Of a stretch of DNA of 64,000 bases, positions 20,096 to 30,921 are shown one piece after another (position 1 is the stretch's first letter; every line of letters starts with the position of its first letter). The notes under the pieces are model-generated. The model saw only the letters and a program-made list of their open reading frames with translations. It had not been told where the DNA came from and made no database searches. Position numbers and translations under genes: made by a program. Source of the DNA: Planctomycetales bacterium (GTDB lineage: Bacteria; 4484-113); the NCBI GenBank assembly GCA_037441675.1, contig JBBIRS010000006.1:55458-119457 (forward strand), in the 5' to 3' direction.

Positions 20096-21229
20096 ATGGC
20101 AAAGACATATCTAATGAGTGGCAACGACGCTTGCGCAGAAGGTGCTCTTTATGCTGGATGTCGTTTTTTTGCTGGATATCCCATCACTCCAAGCAGTGAA
20201 ATTGCGGAACATCTTGCCAAAAAACTTCCGCTAATTGATGGCATATTTATCCAAATGGAGGATGAAATCGCCTCCATATGCGCGTGTATCGGTGCGTCAA
20301 TGACTGGGGCAAAAGCAATGACTGCCACCAGCGGTCCCGGATTCTCTCTGATGCAAGAGAACATAGGTTATGCAGCAATTACGGAGACACCGGTGGTTAT
20401 TGTGAACGTGATGCGAGTTGCACCTTCCACTGGAATGCCCACTGGCACCGCTCAAGGTGATTATATACAAGCACGATTCGGCAGTCACGGCGATTATCCT
20501 ATCGTTGCTCTGGCGCCTGCCACCGCCAATGAGATGTTTGAGTTTACTGTGAAGGCTTTCAATATTTCTGAAATTCTGCGAACTCCCGTGATTGTAATAC
20601 CAGAAGCGGTCGTCGCGCACATTCGCGAGCCGGTGAAAATCCCCGGAGCCGGTGAAATGGAAGTGGTAGCCAGAATTAAAAGGGATTTTGACGGGACTTT
20701 CTTCTTCTCACGAAATGAGGATGGTGTAGCTCGCCCACCTTCAGTGGGTGATGGCTACAAGGTTCATTACACCAGCCTAGTTCACACCGAATCGGGATTC
20801 TTCAGCTCTAGTCCCCTTCAGGTTGAAAGTTTTACTAGGGCTTTAGTGGAAAAGCTTAAGTCAAAAGAACATCTGCTTGTTGACTTTGAGGAGGAAGGTT
20901 GCGAAGATGCGGAGATTATTCTAGTTTCTTTTGGCGTGACAGGAAGAGCTTGCATGCGTTTAGCTAGAGATTTGCGAAAAGCTGGGGAAAAAGTCGGTTA
21001 TTTTCGTCCTAAAATAGTATGGCCGTTTCCTGAAAAAGAATTCATTAATCTAGCTGAGAGGGCACATTCCATCATTGTCGCAGAGTTAAATTATGGCCAG
21101 ATGAGACGTGAGGTTGAACGGCTTTTCGGAAGAGAAAAGCGCATTCTTGGTGTGAACAAGGTTGATGGAACTATGCTTGAGCTTAGCCGTATTAAGGATG
21201 TCTTGAGGGAGGTGGTAAAAGATGCTTGA
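20096..21229 (+). CDS. korA: 2-oxoacid:ferredoxin oxidoreductase alpha subunit
   Basis: FAGYPITPSSE, QMEDEIAS, TATSGPGFSLMQE. Confidence 0.92.
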   Translation: MAKTYLMSGNDACAEGALYAGCRFFAGYPITPSSEIAEHLAKKLPLIDGIFIQMEDEIASICACIGASMTGAKAMTATSGPGFSLMQENIGYAAITETPVVIVNVMRVAPSTGMPTGTAQGDYIQARFGSHGDYPIVALAPATANEMFEFTVKAFNISEILRTPVIVIPEAVVAHIREPVKIPGAGEMEVVARIKRDFDGTFFFSRNEDGVARPPSVGDGYKVHYTSLVHTESGFFSSSPLQVESFTRALVEKLKSKEHLLVDFEEEGCEDAEIILVSFGVTGRACMRLARDLRKAGEKVGYFRPKIVWPFPEKEFINLAERAHSIIVAELNYGQMRREVERLFGREKRILGVNKVDGTMLELSRIKDVLREVVKDA

Positions 21230-22088
21230 GAGTTTTATTGAGAAATACGCACGTGAGTTCAACTTTCCCACTATATGGTGTTCAGGTTGCGGACTTGGAA
21301 CTTTTATGCGGGTTATGATGAAGGCTTTTGATGCCATTTCCCTTGACCCGAATAAACTCGTGCTGGTATCTGGAATTGGCTGTAGCTCAAGGGTTACCGC
21401 ATATACTGATTGCAACACTGTTCACACTACTCATGGCAGAGCTTTGCCTGTGGCAACCGGTATCAAGCTGGTAAATCCTTCTCTCACAGTTGTAGTAATC
21501 ACTGGTGATGGTGATGGTACGGCAATTGGTGGTAATCATCTTATTCATGCTGCCCGTAGAAACATTGATTTAACTTGCATTTTACTTAATAACTCTTGCT
21601 ATGGAATGACGAGCGGACAAGTTTCGCCAATGACCCCCCACTCCGCATACTCTTCAACTTCGCCTTATGGAAACATTGAGCATTCCTTTGATCTTGTGGG
21701 AATGCTGAAGAGCGCTGGAGCTACTTATATCGCACGTGGAACGGTTTATCATTATCCTCTCGCGGAAAAGCTAATAGTAAGCGCAATTGAACATAAGGGC
21801 TTTTCCTTTGTGGAGATTCTTTTTCAGTGTCCTACCTATTTTGGTCGCTTTAACAAGGTTCCAGAACCCGCGGATATGCTCAGGGAGTTTAAGGAGAATG
21901 GAGTAAAGTATGTTCCTGGAAAGGATAAACCGCTTGCTGAGAATCAGTTTTACATTGGTGAGCTTTATAGGGATGAGAGTAAAGTAGAATACGTGGAGCT
22001 TCTAAAGAAGCACAGGCACGAGCGCTTAAATCTTATGAAACTACAAGGGCAATATGATGGCTGCAAAACAAAGAATCGAACGCTATGA
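21222..22088 (+). CDS. korB: 2-oxoacid:ferredoxin oxidoreductase beta (TPP-binding) subunit
   Basis: WCSGCG, SGIGCS, HGRALP, GDGD...NN, YGMTSGQ. Confidence 0.92.
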   Translation: MLESFIEKYAREFNFPTIWCSGCGLGTFMRVMMKAFDAISLDPNKLVLVSGIGCSSRVTAYTDCNTVHTTHGRALPVATGIKLVNPSLTVVVITGDGDGTAIGGNHLIHAARRNIDLTCILLNNSCYGMTSGQVSPMTPHSAYSSTSPYGNIEHSFDLVGMLKSAGATYIARGTVYHYPLAEKLIVSAIEHKGFSFVEILFQCPTYFGRFNKVPEPADMLREFKENGVKYVPGKDKPLAENQFYIGELYRDESKVEYVELLKKHRHERLNLMKLQGQYDGCKTKNRTL

Positions 22089-22656
22089 GATACTTGTTTC
22101 CGGTTCAGGCGGACAGGGAGTTTTACTCACTGGTGAAATTATTGCCGAATCTGCTGTACGGGAAGGCTTACAGGTAGCTCAAACCGCAAGCTATGGTCCC
22201 GAAAGTCGAGGTGGTGCTTCTCAGTCTGATGTTATTATATCCACTGAACCAATTGACTATCCAGGAGTTCTATCTCCTAACTTCTTAATTGCGTTAACAC
22301 AGGAAGCTGCTGATGCTTTTGCTAACGAATGTGCGGATGACGCTATTATACTTCTTGATGCTACCTGGGTTGAGACCATTCCAGAATTTCAAGCTAAGCT
22401 AATCTATCATGTCCCTATCACAAAAGAAGCCGCAAAGCGCTACGGTAAGCCCATTTACGCGAACCTTATCGCCATTGGGTTTTTGACTGCTGAGACTGAG
22501 ATTTTTCATCCTGTAACTGTAATTGATGTTATTAGAGAGAAGGTTCCCGTAAAGACAATAGAGCAAAACCTTTCCGCATTCCATTTTGGTCTTGAGATGA
22601 GTAAGGAAGTTAAACCAGTCCAAATAACTAGGCAAAGAGATATTGTATTGAAATAG
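22054..22656 (+). CDS. korC: 2-oxoacid:ferredoxin oxidoreductase gamma subunit
   Basis: GSGGQG, SYGPESRGG. Confidence 0.92.
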   Translation: MMAAKQRIERYEILVSGSGGQGVLLTGEIIAESAVREGLQVAQTASYGPESRGGASQSDVIISTEPIDYPGVLSPNFLIALTQEAADAFANECADDAIILLDATWVETIPEFQAKLIYHVPITKEAAKRYGKPIYANLIAIGFLTAETEIFHPVTVIDVIREKVPVKTIEQNLSAFHFGLEMSKEVKPVQITRQRDIVLK

Positions 22657-22875
22657 TAGAGCTTAATATTTCCGGATGGCGAAATTATATTTCGCTTCTT
22701 TGAAAAGAAGAGGGCAAAAGATAAGGCTAAGATAACTGTAGTTCCTTCAACACATTAATTACTTGCGTGCATTGAGAAATACTCCATAAACTTTGCTCAA
22801 TCTCTATCATCCTAGCACCGCCCCAAATTGTATAGAAGCTACTTTTCCTTAAATACCACCGAGTTGAATTCACCT

Positions 22876-23871
22876 CTATCTAAATGGTTTTCTAGGCGTT
22901 TTCGCATCTAAAGAAGAACTAGCAGGCTTTTTTTCCTGCTTTGGTGTCATAATCCTGCGGGAAGGCTTTTTACTCCTGGCATTACCATGCGCTTCTAATC
23001 CTTCTTTTTGACTTGCTCCTAAGACTAACTCTGATATAGGTTTATCCCAATCTGCAGGACATCCTTTCTTATTAACCGCAACTAATCCAAAAATTGCTAC
23101 GATTATGAAAAAAATTGATACCAACTGGGTCATTGTAACCCCACCAAAGCCGTAAAGCTCATTTTGAAAGTCAATAATGTAATGCGGCACATTTCTAAAA
23201 GGCTCTTCAATTAGTGATCTTATAAGTGAGTAGCCAAGGATGAAAGTGTAGAAATTTGTTCCGGGCGTTGTCTTCTTAAACCAAACAATTAACGTGATGA
23301 TAAGGAGAAGAAGTCCAACTATTCCCCCATAGATTTCAGTAGGATGTCTTGGGATGAATTCTGTTGGGTTCTGACCGAAGTTGTGGTACTCATCCTGAGG
23401 GAAGCTAAGTGCCCAAGGGATTATCTTTTGTGAAACCTTATAACCTGAAATATCGCCGTTGCTTAAATTTCCTAAGAAGCGAACGAGCATTATCCCAATG
23501 GACACCCCCGGGGCTGCTGCATCCATAATTTCAATGAACCTAATTTTTTTATTTCTAAAGTAAAGCCAGCAACCGAGAATTCCACCTAGGATCCCACCGT
23601 GGAAGGATAACCCCCCTTGATTAACGTAAAAGACAGAAAGGGGATTATCCGCGTAGTTACTCCAGTTAGTGAGAACGTAGATAATCCTAGCTCCGACAAT
23701 ACCAAAGATTGCAGCCCAAATGACACCATCCCAAACGAGTTCTCCTTCACGTCCACGCTTTTTCAGAAGGGCAGAGGCTAGCCAGGTGGAGACAAGCAAA
23801 GCTAGCGCCATTGCAATTCCATACCACCTAATTGGATATCCAAATACAGTAAACGCTACAGGGTTAAACAT
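22876..23871 (-). CDS. lgt: prolipoprotein diacylglyceryl transferase
   Basis: IRWYG, GARIIYV, GGLSFHGG, R..GN..N, RHPTEIY. Confidence 0.93.
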   Translation of the reverse strand: MFNPVAFTVFGYPIRWYGIAMALALLVSTWLASALLKKRGREGELVWDGVIWAAIFGIVGARIIYVLTNWSNYADNPLSVFYVNQGGLSFHGGILGGILGCWLYFRNKKIRFIEIMDAAAPGVSIGIMLVRFLGNLSNGDISGYKVSQKIIPWALSFPQDEYHNFGQNPTEFIPRHPTEIYGGIVGLLLLIITLIVWFKKTTPGTNFYTFILGYSLIRSLIEEPFRNVPHYIIDFQNELYGFGGVTMTQLVSIFFIIVAIFGLVAVNKKGCPADWDKPISELVLGASQKEGLEAHGNARSKKPSRRIMTPKQEKKPASSSLDAKTPRKPFR

Positions 23872-24081
23872 AGTCTTAGTGATTCTAGCATAGGATATAG
23901 TCTACTCTGGATAGAACTCTTATGAGAGACAGAAGAGCGAGAGCATAAATCCCCTCAAGATTAACGTTTCGTGAGTTAGGAATTAAGAGGATTATTAGCT
24001 TGTGACATTTCCTATCATAGATTTTGATGACTTTGTGATGCTGTTGTCACACAAAACTTACCGGGAGTAAAATAGCAATCC

Positions 24082-24819
24082 TTACTCGCCATTATTGTTA
24101 TTTATTATCTTGAGTGCGGTTAATCGTGAGGCTTCAATGGCAAATCCTGCCTTAACTAGTTTTCTAAAGATTTTCTCTCTCAACTTATTCTTCGCTTGGC
24201 TGAGAGATAATGTATTTAGTCTTTCATTAAACGCATCTTTTTCACCTGAGTTCACCTCCATACGTTTTCTATTCTTTATAAGTGTTTTTTCATATTCCTT
24301 ATTTAACTCCCTAAGAAAAAACTCCTTTTTATTTCTAACGAATCTACTTAATTCTATGCTCTCAAAGTTTGAGGGAACTATCTCTTTCAAAAGATTTATT
24401 GCTCTTTCTTTTTGAAATCCTTTACTAATAAGAAGGGATAGAATTTTATTTGTGCCGATACCACCTTTTGAAATCTTTTGAAGGACTAGATACTTCGCTG
24501 ATTCTTCTTCGTTCAGATATCCTTTTTCAGTCAGCTCATTCACAACTCGCTCGATGATATCGTTGTGAAACCCGCGCCTGAAGAGCTTATCCTTCAATTC
24601 TTTAATAAAAAGATCGCTCCTTGCAAGAGAGCTTAAGGCTATGTGGCGCGCCTTAAGATAGCTGGATTTTTCTTTTAGAAACTCAACCGTTTTGAGTGGA
24701 ATACTATCTCCTTCGTTAAAAATCGCATCACCCATCTCAAGCCAAAGCACTTCACCATCTTCTAGTTTCAACTCGTAAATGCCATCCTTAACACGAAATT
24801 TCTTCTCTGTTACGAACAT
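24082..24819 (-). CDS. recX: RecX family regulator
   Basis: ALSSLARSD...ELKDKL..RGF...VVNELTEKGYLN; C-terminal LVKAGF. Confidence 0.75.
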   Translation of the reverse strand: MFVTEKKFRVKDGIYELKLEDGEVLWLEMGDAIFNEGDSIPLKTVEFLKEKSSYLKARHIALSSLARSDLFIKELKDKLFRRGFHNDIIERVVNELTEKGYLNEEESAKYLVLQKISKGGIGTNKILSLLISKGFQKERAINLLKEIVPSNFESIELSRFVRNKKEFFLRELNKEYEKTLIKNRKRMEVNSGEKDAFNERLNTLSLSQAKNKLREKIFRKLVKAGFAIEASRLTALKIINNNNGE

Positions 24820-25186
24820 AATTGCAAATTATAATGTGGCTAGTAGTAGAGTTTACTTATCTTAAATATACGTTTTCTAATTTGCGTGGAAAATTTTAGT
24901 AAATTCCTTCAGCTGATGGTTATTTAAGGAAAGTTGAATTAGGCTGGTATTTGGAATGGTGTACGATTAATTGAGAAAATATTCGCAAGCACTTGAAATT
25001 TTCTCTAATCTTCGCTAAACTGAAATTTAACATGCCTAAGGTCTCTCTCGGCTTAGTAGAACTGCTGGGAAAGGGACCGAATTCTTTTTATCCCCGAGAA
25101 AGTAAGTTTTCGCGAGGAGGATTGGTGCAATTTTCTCTGCTATCGGGGTTACTTTCATATAAATTCAAAGCTTATGGAGTTATGCT

Positions 25187-25948
25187 ATGAAAAGTGTAAT
25201 AATTCTTCAGGCGCGTCTTGATTCTTCGCGTCTGCCCAGAAAGGTGCTTTTACCGCTTGCTGGTAGAGCCTGTATCCTTCATATCCTTGATCGGCTCAGT
25301 TGCTCTCGGGAGGTGGACGAAGTTGTTGTTGCAATTCCCGAGCAAGAGATTGGTAAAGAGCTAGCTCAACTTGTTCAAAACGCTGGATTTAGGGTGATTG
25401 GTGGACCAGACCATGATGTTTTGTCCCGCTATATAATTTCCACCTATGAAACCGGGGCGGAGATTATCGTAAGAGCTACCGGGGATAATCCTCTGGTTGA
25501 ACCCAGCATAATTGATCAGCAAATTACATTTCTTAAACAGAATCCCGAATTTGAATACGTTTTCACCCGCAGGCTTCCTCTTGGTATTTCCACGGAAACA
25601 CTCTCCAGAAAAACGTTGGAGAAGCTGGATTACTTAGCGAGGATACCACTTCATCGGGAGCACGTCACATATTACTTAGTAGAGCATCCCGAACCGTTTA
25701 ACATTCATTTCCTTGAAGCTCCAGCTGAGCTTGAAAAACCACAGTTACGTCTTACTATGGATACCGAGGAGGATTACAGACTAATAGATGAAATTTACCG
25801 AGAGTTATATACCGGGGAAGGAATAATCCCTCTTGATAAGGTTCTCTCTTTTCTAGAAGAAAGAAGTGATTTAACTAATCTGAACTCTCACGTTGTTCAG
25901 GTTCCTCCTCATATTGAGCAGGTACTTGCTTCCGTAGAGAGCTTATAA
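25187..25948 (+). CDS. SpsF/KdsB-like cytidylyltransferase
   Basis: QARLDSSRLPRKVL, DVLSRY, VRATGDNPL, REHVT, RLTMDTEED. Confidence 0.85.
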   Translation: MKSVIILQARLDSSRLPRKVLLPLAGRACILHILDRLSCSREVDEVVVAIPEQEIGKELAQLVQNAGFRVIGGPDHDVLSRYIISTYETGAEIIVRATGDNPLVEPSIIDQQITFLKQNPEFEYVFTRRLPLGISTETLSRKTLEKLDYLARIPLHREHVTYYLVEHPEPFNIHFLEAPAELEKPQLRLTMDTEEDYRLIDEIYRELYTGEGIIPLDKVLSFLEERSDLTNLNSHVVQVPPHIEQVLASVESL

Positions 25949-26300
25949 ACCTGCCGAGGAAGTATGAGATGGGTGTGAGTAAAATAAATGCAACCTCTAA
26001 ATTAAAGCCGTCGGAGTAAGAGAGCATTGATAAATTTAGGCTTTTAGCACTTAAGATGGCGACAGCGTCAATAACTATTATGGCAATGCTTGCAAGGAGA
26101 ACGCCTTCTCTAGCACCATCAAACATAAACCAGAGGCTTAAAACGATAAAGAACAAAGTTCCAAGGAGGACAATTGAAACAAAACTACTTCTGGGAATAG
26201 GTTGCCAAGCGGAATACCAGAAGAAGAAGATGTGGGAAACACTTAATCCCGCAAGTAGAAAAATAACCCAGATTAGTTTATCCCAAAGTCTAGCAGTCAC
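25875..26300 (-). CDS. 4-TM membrane protein
   Basis: Four hydrophobic segments; convergent overlap with the neighbouring gene's 3' end. Confidence 0.6.
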   Translation of the reverse strand: MTARLWDKLIWVIFLLAGLSVSHIFFFWYSAWQPIPRSSFVSIVLLGTLFFIVLSLWFMFDGAREGVLLASIAIIVIDAVAILSAKSLNLSMLSYSDGFNLEVAFILLTPISYFLGRFISSLRKQVPAQYEEEPEQRESSD

Positions 26301-26628
26301 AACACTACTATAACAGGTTTTAGAGTTGCTATTAAAGCTATAAAAGAAATATGCTCAAGATGTTAAGCGTAGCTCTCTAAATGATAAACGTAAAGGTTTT
26401 GCGTTGGACGCGTATTGGTTGAAGTTCATTGAGAGGACTCATCGCAAATTGTCTGCAGGGCTTAGTGAGGATAGGAAAGGTTATAGTTGGACCAAGTAAG
26501 ATGAAATATAAAGATAATAATTCAGAAATTATGATATAATAATAAGATTTGGAGAGCTGAAAAAGGATGAGAAAAACTCTCGTGCCCAAAAGGGCAAGAC
26601 ATTGATTCCCAAACCCGCTTGGTTAAGA

Positions 26629-27105
26629 ATGGGTATTGTTCAATCATTTTTACGTTTTTTAGGATTTCAAGAGCATGGCGAAGGGATGGTGCTAGATTAT
26701 AAACCTCGTTACGGAACGCCTGCAGAGCCCGAAGTGCTTGAACATCCAAAATTCACCGATTTTGCTAAGACCGATGAAAGTCTTTCCAAGTTTAATTCTC
26801 TAGCTTTCCAATCTAATCCTCAAAGAGAGATCAAAGTTTCCATTGTTAGGCCTGAACTAGGTAAATACGGGAAGATCAATTATTCCTTATATGTTTATAC
26901 CGAAAACCTGAAGGAAGGCTATTTACTATTAGTTGATGTAAGCAAGCTTCTAACCCAAAGTAGGGATGAAGCGAGAAGGGTTGTAAATTTCTTATCGGGA
27001 GTTACTGAAGCTTTAGGTGGGGCGAGGAAAGAAGTCGTGCGCGACTTATACCTCTTTGTTCCTCCTGGAGTAACACTTTACGGTTCACACTCCAGCGACT
27101 ATTAA
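26629..27105 (+). CDS. sepF: cell division protein SepF
   Basis: ATG 26629 gives an amphipathic N-terminus (MGIVQSFLRFLGF); C-domain LKEGYLLLVDV...EARRVVNFLSGVTEALGG...LYLFVPPGV. Confidence 0.8.
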   Translation: MGIVQSFLRFLGFQEHGEGMVLDYKPRYGTPAEPEVLEHPKFTDFAKTDESLSKFNSLAFQSNPQREIKVSIVRPELGKYGKINYSLYVYTENLKEGYLLLVDVSKLLTQSRDEARRVVNFLSGVTEALGGARKEVVRDLYLFVPPGVTLYGSHSSDY

Positions 27106-27136
27106 TGTCAGCAATTCTTTCTACACAGACTGATAG

Positions 27137-28864
27137 ATGACTAACAATACAAAGTTGCGTTTTATTCCACTTGGGGGGGTAGGGGAAATTGGCAAGAGTT
27201 GTGCGATTCTTGAGTATGGCAACTCCGCTGTGATGATTGACTGTGGTCTTGCCTTTCCGGATATTCATCTGCTTGGAGTTGATCTGGTAATACCTGACTT
27301 CACGTACGCGCTAAGGCATCGAGGCAAGCTGAAAGCAGTTTTCCTCACGCATGGACACGAAGACCATATTGGCGCGCTTCCTTACCTTCTTAATGACTTT
27401 ATCCCCCCAAAAATTTATGGAAGTAAGCTAACCCTAGGACTACTAAAGAGCAAGATTGAAGAAGTAGGGATAGAGGGAGAAGTTCCTCTTATTGAAATTG
27501 GTTCCGGTGACAAAGTTCAAATTGATAAGAACTTTGAGGTGAGTGCCTTTCATATATCCCATTCGATCCCAGATGAGCTAGCCTATGGCATTTCAACTCC
27601 AGTTGGGAAGGTATTTTTTTCTGGGGATTTCAAAGTTGACCAATCTCCCGTAGATGGCAGGCGCACAGAGATTGAGGCAATTAGAAAATTCGCAGGTGAG
27701 CAAGGCATACTTGCGCTTTTTGTAGATACCACTAACGTTGAAAGGCCGGGTTGGACTGGTAGCGAAAGCGTCGTTGGTCCTGTATTTATGGATTTCTTTA
27801 AGTCCCATTCCAACAGAATTCTAATAACAACGTTTGCCAGCAATATTCATAGAATTCAGCAAGCTTTGGATACCGCAAAGGAGACAGGAAGAAAAGTATT
27901 TCTTGCTGGTAGGGCTATGCTGACTAACGTTGCACTGGCGAGGGAGCTGGGATACTTGAAGGTTCCTGAGGATACAATCGTTGAACCAAATGCGCTTAAT
28001 AGAATCCCCCCGAAAGAACTGGTTATTCTGGCAACTGGAAGTCAGGGCGAGCCAATGGCTGCTTTAACGCAGATGAGTAGAGAACAGCATCGGTTTGTTT
28101 CTATCCACAAAGGGGATTTGGTAATCTTCTCCGCGAGCCCAATACCAGGCAATGAAACCTATATCTACACTGTCATTGACAACCTTTTCCGATTGGAGGC
28201 AGACGTAATCTATGGACATGGAACGAACGTTCACGTTTCGGGTCACGGTTCTCAGGAAGAGATAATGGAGCTTCTTAAAGCCACCCGCGCGCGGTTTTTG
28301 GTTCCAATCCATTCGCAGTACAGGCATCAGATGATTTTCAAGAAGCTGGCACGAAAGTGGGGGCATCCAGATGAAGATATTATCACTATGTCAATTGGGG
28401 ATGTGCTTGAATTTAATCAGGAAGGTTGGGAGATAAGGGAACACATAAAGGCAGGTGCTACCTACATTGATGGACTATCAGTGGGAACAATATCAACACG
28501 AATTTTAAGTGAGAGAACTGCCCTGGCGGAGGATGGCGTGGTTTCATTCACTCTTGTCCTTGATAGTACTGGAGACACCATCTTGCGGGGTCCTTTCATT
28601 TCCGCGCGAGGTTTCCCAGCTGAACAGGACAATCCGGAACTTTTCAGAGAAATGAAAGAGCTTTTAACGGAGAGCCTGTTCCATAACAGACTAAGGAGTG
28701 ATGCCTATCAGACCCAGCTTAGGAATAACTTGGCTAACACGCTTCAACATTTCATCTTTGAGAAGTTAGGTTTTCACCCAGTGATTCTTGGCACGGTAAT
28801 TCATCTTGATCCTAATCGAGAGGCGGATAGGGTAAGGGAAAGCTGGGGGATTCAAAAAAAGTGA
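27137..28864 (+). CDS. rnj: ribonuclease J
   Basis: PLGGVGEIGK, THGHEDHIG, HSIPD, TFASN, TGSQGEP, HVSGHG. Confidence 0.95.
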   Translation: MTNNTKLRFIPLGGVGEIGKSCAILEYGNSAVMIDCGLAFPDIHLLGVDLVIPDFTYALRHRGKLKAVFLTHGHEDHIGALPYLLNDFIPPKIYGSKLTLGLLKSKIEEVGIEGEVPLIEIGSGDKVQIDKNFEVSAFHISHSIPDELAYGISTPVGKVFFSGDFKVDQSPVDGRRTEIEAIRKFAGEQGILALFVDTTNVERPGWTGSESVVGPVFMDFFKSHSNRILITTFASNIHRIQQALDTAKETGRKVFLAGRAMLTNVALARELGYLKVPEDTIVEPNALNRIPPKELVILATGSQGEPMAALTQMSREQHRFVSIHKGDLVIFSASPIPGNETYIYTVIDNLFRLEADVIYGHGTNVHVSGHGSQEEIMELLKATRARFLVPIHSQYRHQMIFKKLARKWGHPDEDIITMSIGDVLEFNQEGWEIREHIKAGATYIDGLSVGTISTRILSERTALAEDGVVSFTLVLDSTGDTILRGPFISARGFPAEQDNPELFREMKELLTESLFHNRLRSDAYQTQLRNNLANTLQHFIFEKLGFHPVILGTVIHLDPNREADRVRESWGIQKK

Positions 28865-28938
28865 ATCCGATTATCTATTTGCCAATTTTTTCATACGAAG
28901 CTCTAATTTTAATCAGCAATGCCAATCAATCTATCCAA

Positions 28939-29751
28939 ATGAATCCTTACGCCAACTTTTTTCTTCTTGGAGTTATTCAGGGATTAACTGAATTTTTGCC
29001 TATTAGTTCCTCAGGTCATTTGGTTCTTTTGGAGAACATTTTGGGCTTTAACCCGCAGGGAGTGGTAATTGAAGTCGCCTTGCACTTGGCAACTCTTTTC
29101 GCGGTAGTTATTTTCTACTTTAGAGACATCAAATCATTGTTGCTTTTGCGTAAAGGCAAAACAATAAACAAGCCTAAAGCTTATCTCACGCGGTTACTCT
29201 TCGTGACCCTCATCACCTCTATCGTTGTTTATCCTTTTAGAAATGCTCTCGCCTCAATGACGGAGGATTCTCTAGCCCTTTTCAGGATTGGCGTTGCTTT
29301 TCTTGTGACTGCCTTGATGCTTGTTACAACTGATACGCTTTTGAGGAGAAACGGACTTCGTTTTGAAGAAGTAACCTATCTTGGTTATATGGCTCTAGCT
29401 CTTATAGGCGTCGTTCAGGCGGTGGCAGCGATACCCGGTATCTCCCGCTCAGGTTCCACAATATTCGCAGGAATACTGTGCGGGCTAAGTCGCGAAGAGG
29501 CCGCGAGATTCTCTTTTTTTATGTTCATTCCTATAGCCTTGATTGCTTCCATTTACGAGTTGATTAACGAGGCAACTGGGCTCACCTTTCCTTCTGAGCT
29601 CTGGCTACCACTTGGCGTTGGTTTTCTAGCTTCTTTGTTAACGGGAATCTTTGCCATAGGATTGTTATTGCGCTTGATTAAGAGCGCTCGCTTATCATAC
29701 TTTTCCCTTTACTTAATAGTTGCCAGTATCGTTGCATTTATCTTTGCTTAG
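28939..29751 (+). CDS. uppP: undecaprenyl-diphosphate phosphatase (BacA)
   Basis: QGLTEFLPISSSGHL, PGISRSGST; start taken at ATG 28939 (ORF extends to 28861). Confidence 0.93.
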   Translation: MNPYANFFLLGVIQGLTEFLPISSSGHLVLLENILGFNPQGVVIEVALHLATLFAVVIFYFRDIKSLLLLRKGKTINKPKAYLTRLLFVTLITSIVVYPFRNALASMTEDSLALFRIGVAFLVTALMLVTTDTLLRRNGLRFEEVTYLGYMALALIGVVQAVAAIPGISRSGSTIFAGILCGLSREEAARFSFFMFIPIALIASIYELINEATGLTFPSELWLPLGVGFLASLLTGIFAIGLLLRLIKSARLSYFSLYLIVASIVAFIFA

Positions 29752-29852
29752 AGGCTTAAGCTGATTAAGCGGCAAACCCCTCCCTCTAATCCTTGTCTTA
29801 CTTACGAGGAAAAGAAAGTAAAGCGAGCCCTGCGGAAAGATTAAGTCGAAGG

Positions 29853-30863
29853 CTAATAAGTCCTTTTACCAAAAATCTCTTCAATTTGAACCTTAATAAA
29901 GATAGGGAAGTGGTAGCCTTTTCTATCTTCAAAGCTTCTCATTTCTTCTCTGGGCCGAACGTTGCCTGCTCCAAAAAGAGGCACATAAAGGGTAAAGCCC
30001 TGATAATCTTTTCTTGGCTGGTAAACGATAGTATAGGCGTTATAGGGTTCGTGCCAATCTCTACCCTTTCTCCAGTCATTGGAGCAATCCACGCGGTCTC
30101 GTTGATCTCGGCACCGAACCATTTAAGAAGCTCTTCAATACTAACAGGAACGCGCTTATTGAGAGCCCTGTACTTGAGGGCTAGCCACACTAGCGTTTCT
30201 TTTTTAGGTCATCGCTCCAAAGAATCTGTTCCAGCTCCGTACGGTCAGCTGCCCATACTGATAACAAATCGTAGTAATCTTTGGAGAAACGACCTGTCAC
30301 AAAGTCCTCTTTCGTTAGCCCTTTGGAATACATCTCCGGAAACTCAAGGGAGTCTTTGTACATCGCTTCTAGATATTTCTTCCGATTTTCTTCGTAAGCC
30401 GTAGAACCCGGCCTGTAATGCACTATCCTTGTTATGTGCTCTGGTTTATCCTTACCTGAAACCTTGAAAATCGCAGTTAATCTATCTCCTTCAATGATCC
30501 TGCTATCGGGTAAGTATGTTGTTTGTTTGTTGTTTGTTTAAAGAATAAGAAGCCAGCGTCTATCAGAGCTTGGTAAGAGTCTGGTAGCTCATCTTTTACT
30601 CTAATGTACCTTTCCATAGCTCTCTTAAACATCAGTAACCATTCAAAGGAAAATAATTCCGTTTCGGAGTACTCGGTAGAAATTGTAGTTCCCAATTCAA
30701 AATTCTTTGAAGCCTCCACTTCTTTGGGATGAGAGGAAAAATGAGAGACAAGGAAGATAAGGGTAAAAATGCCCATTAGGAAAAACAAGTTGAATAAAGT
30801 ATTGCGAGAGTGTACGCGCTGAAAAATTTTCCAGTTATATACTTTACCGCCACTTTTATTCAT
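29853..30863 (-). pseudogene. frameshifted membrane-anchored hypothetical protein
   Basis: ORFs 30477..30863, 30190..30423, 29939..30190 and 29853..30122 join by frameshifts (...GDRLTAIFKV...RIVHYRPG; ...PKKETLVWLALKY); N-terminal TM. Confidence 0.55.
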
Positions 30864-30921
30864 CTTGGGTCACCTCTCAATCGTCTTTATTCACAATTTT
30901 GACTTTCGATTTCTTTCGACA

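Noticed and set aside
22679..22701. Terminator after korC (GCGAAAT-TAT-ATTTCGC-TTCTTT)
   Set aside because: The stem is AT-rich and the U-tract is interrupted; too weak to call.
24034..24051. TGTGA-N8-TCACA palindrome between recX and lgt
   Set aside because: The spacing is 8 rather than 6 and there is no clear promoter geometry; it may be chance.
29793..30404. 203-aa plus-strand ORF
   Set aside because: It is antisense to the fragmented minus-strand gene and has no protein-like motif; probably a shadow ORF.
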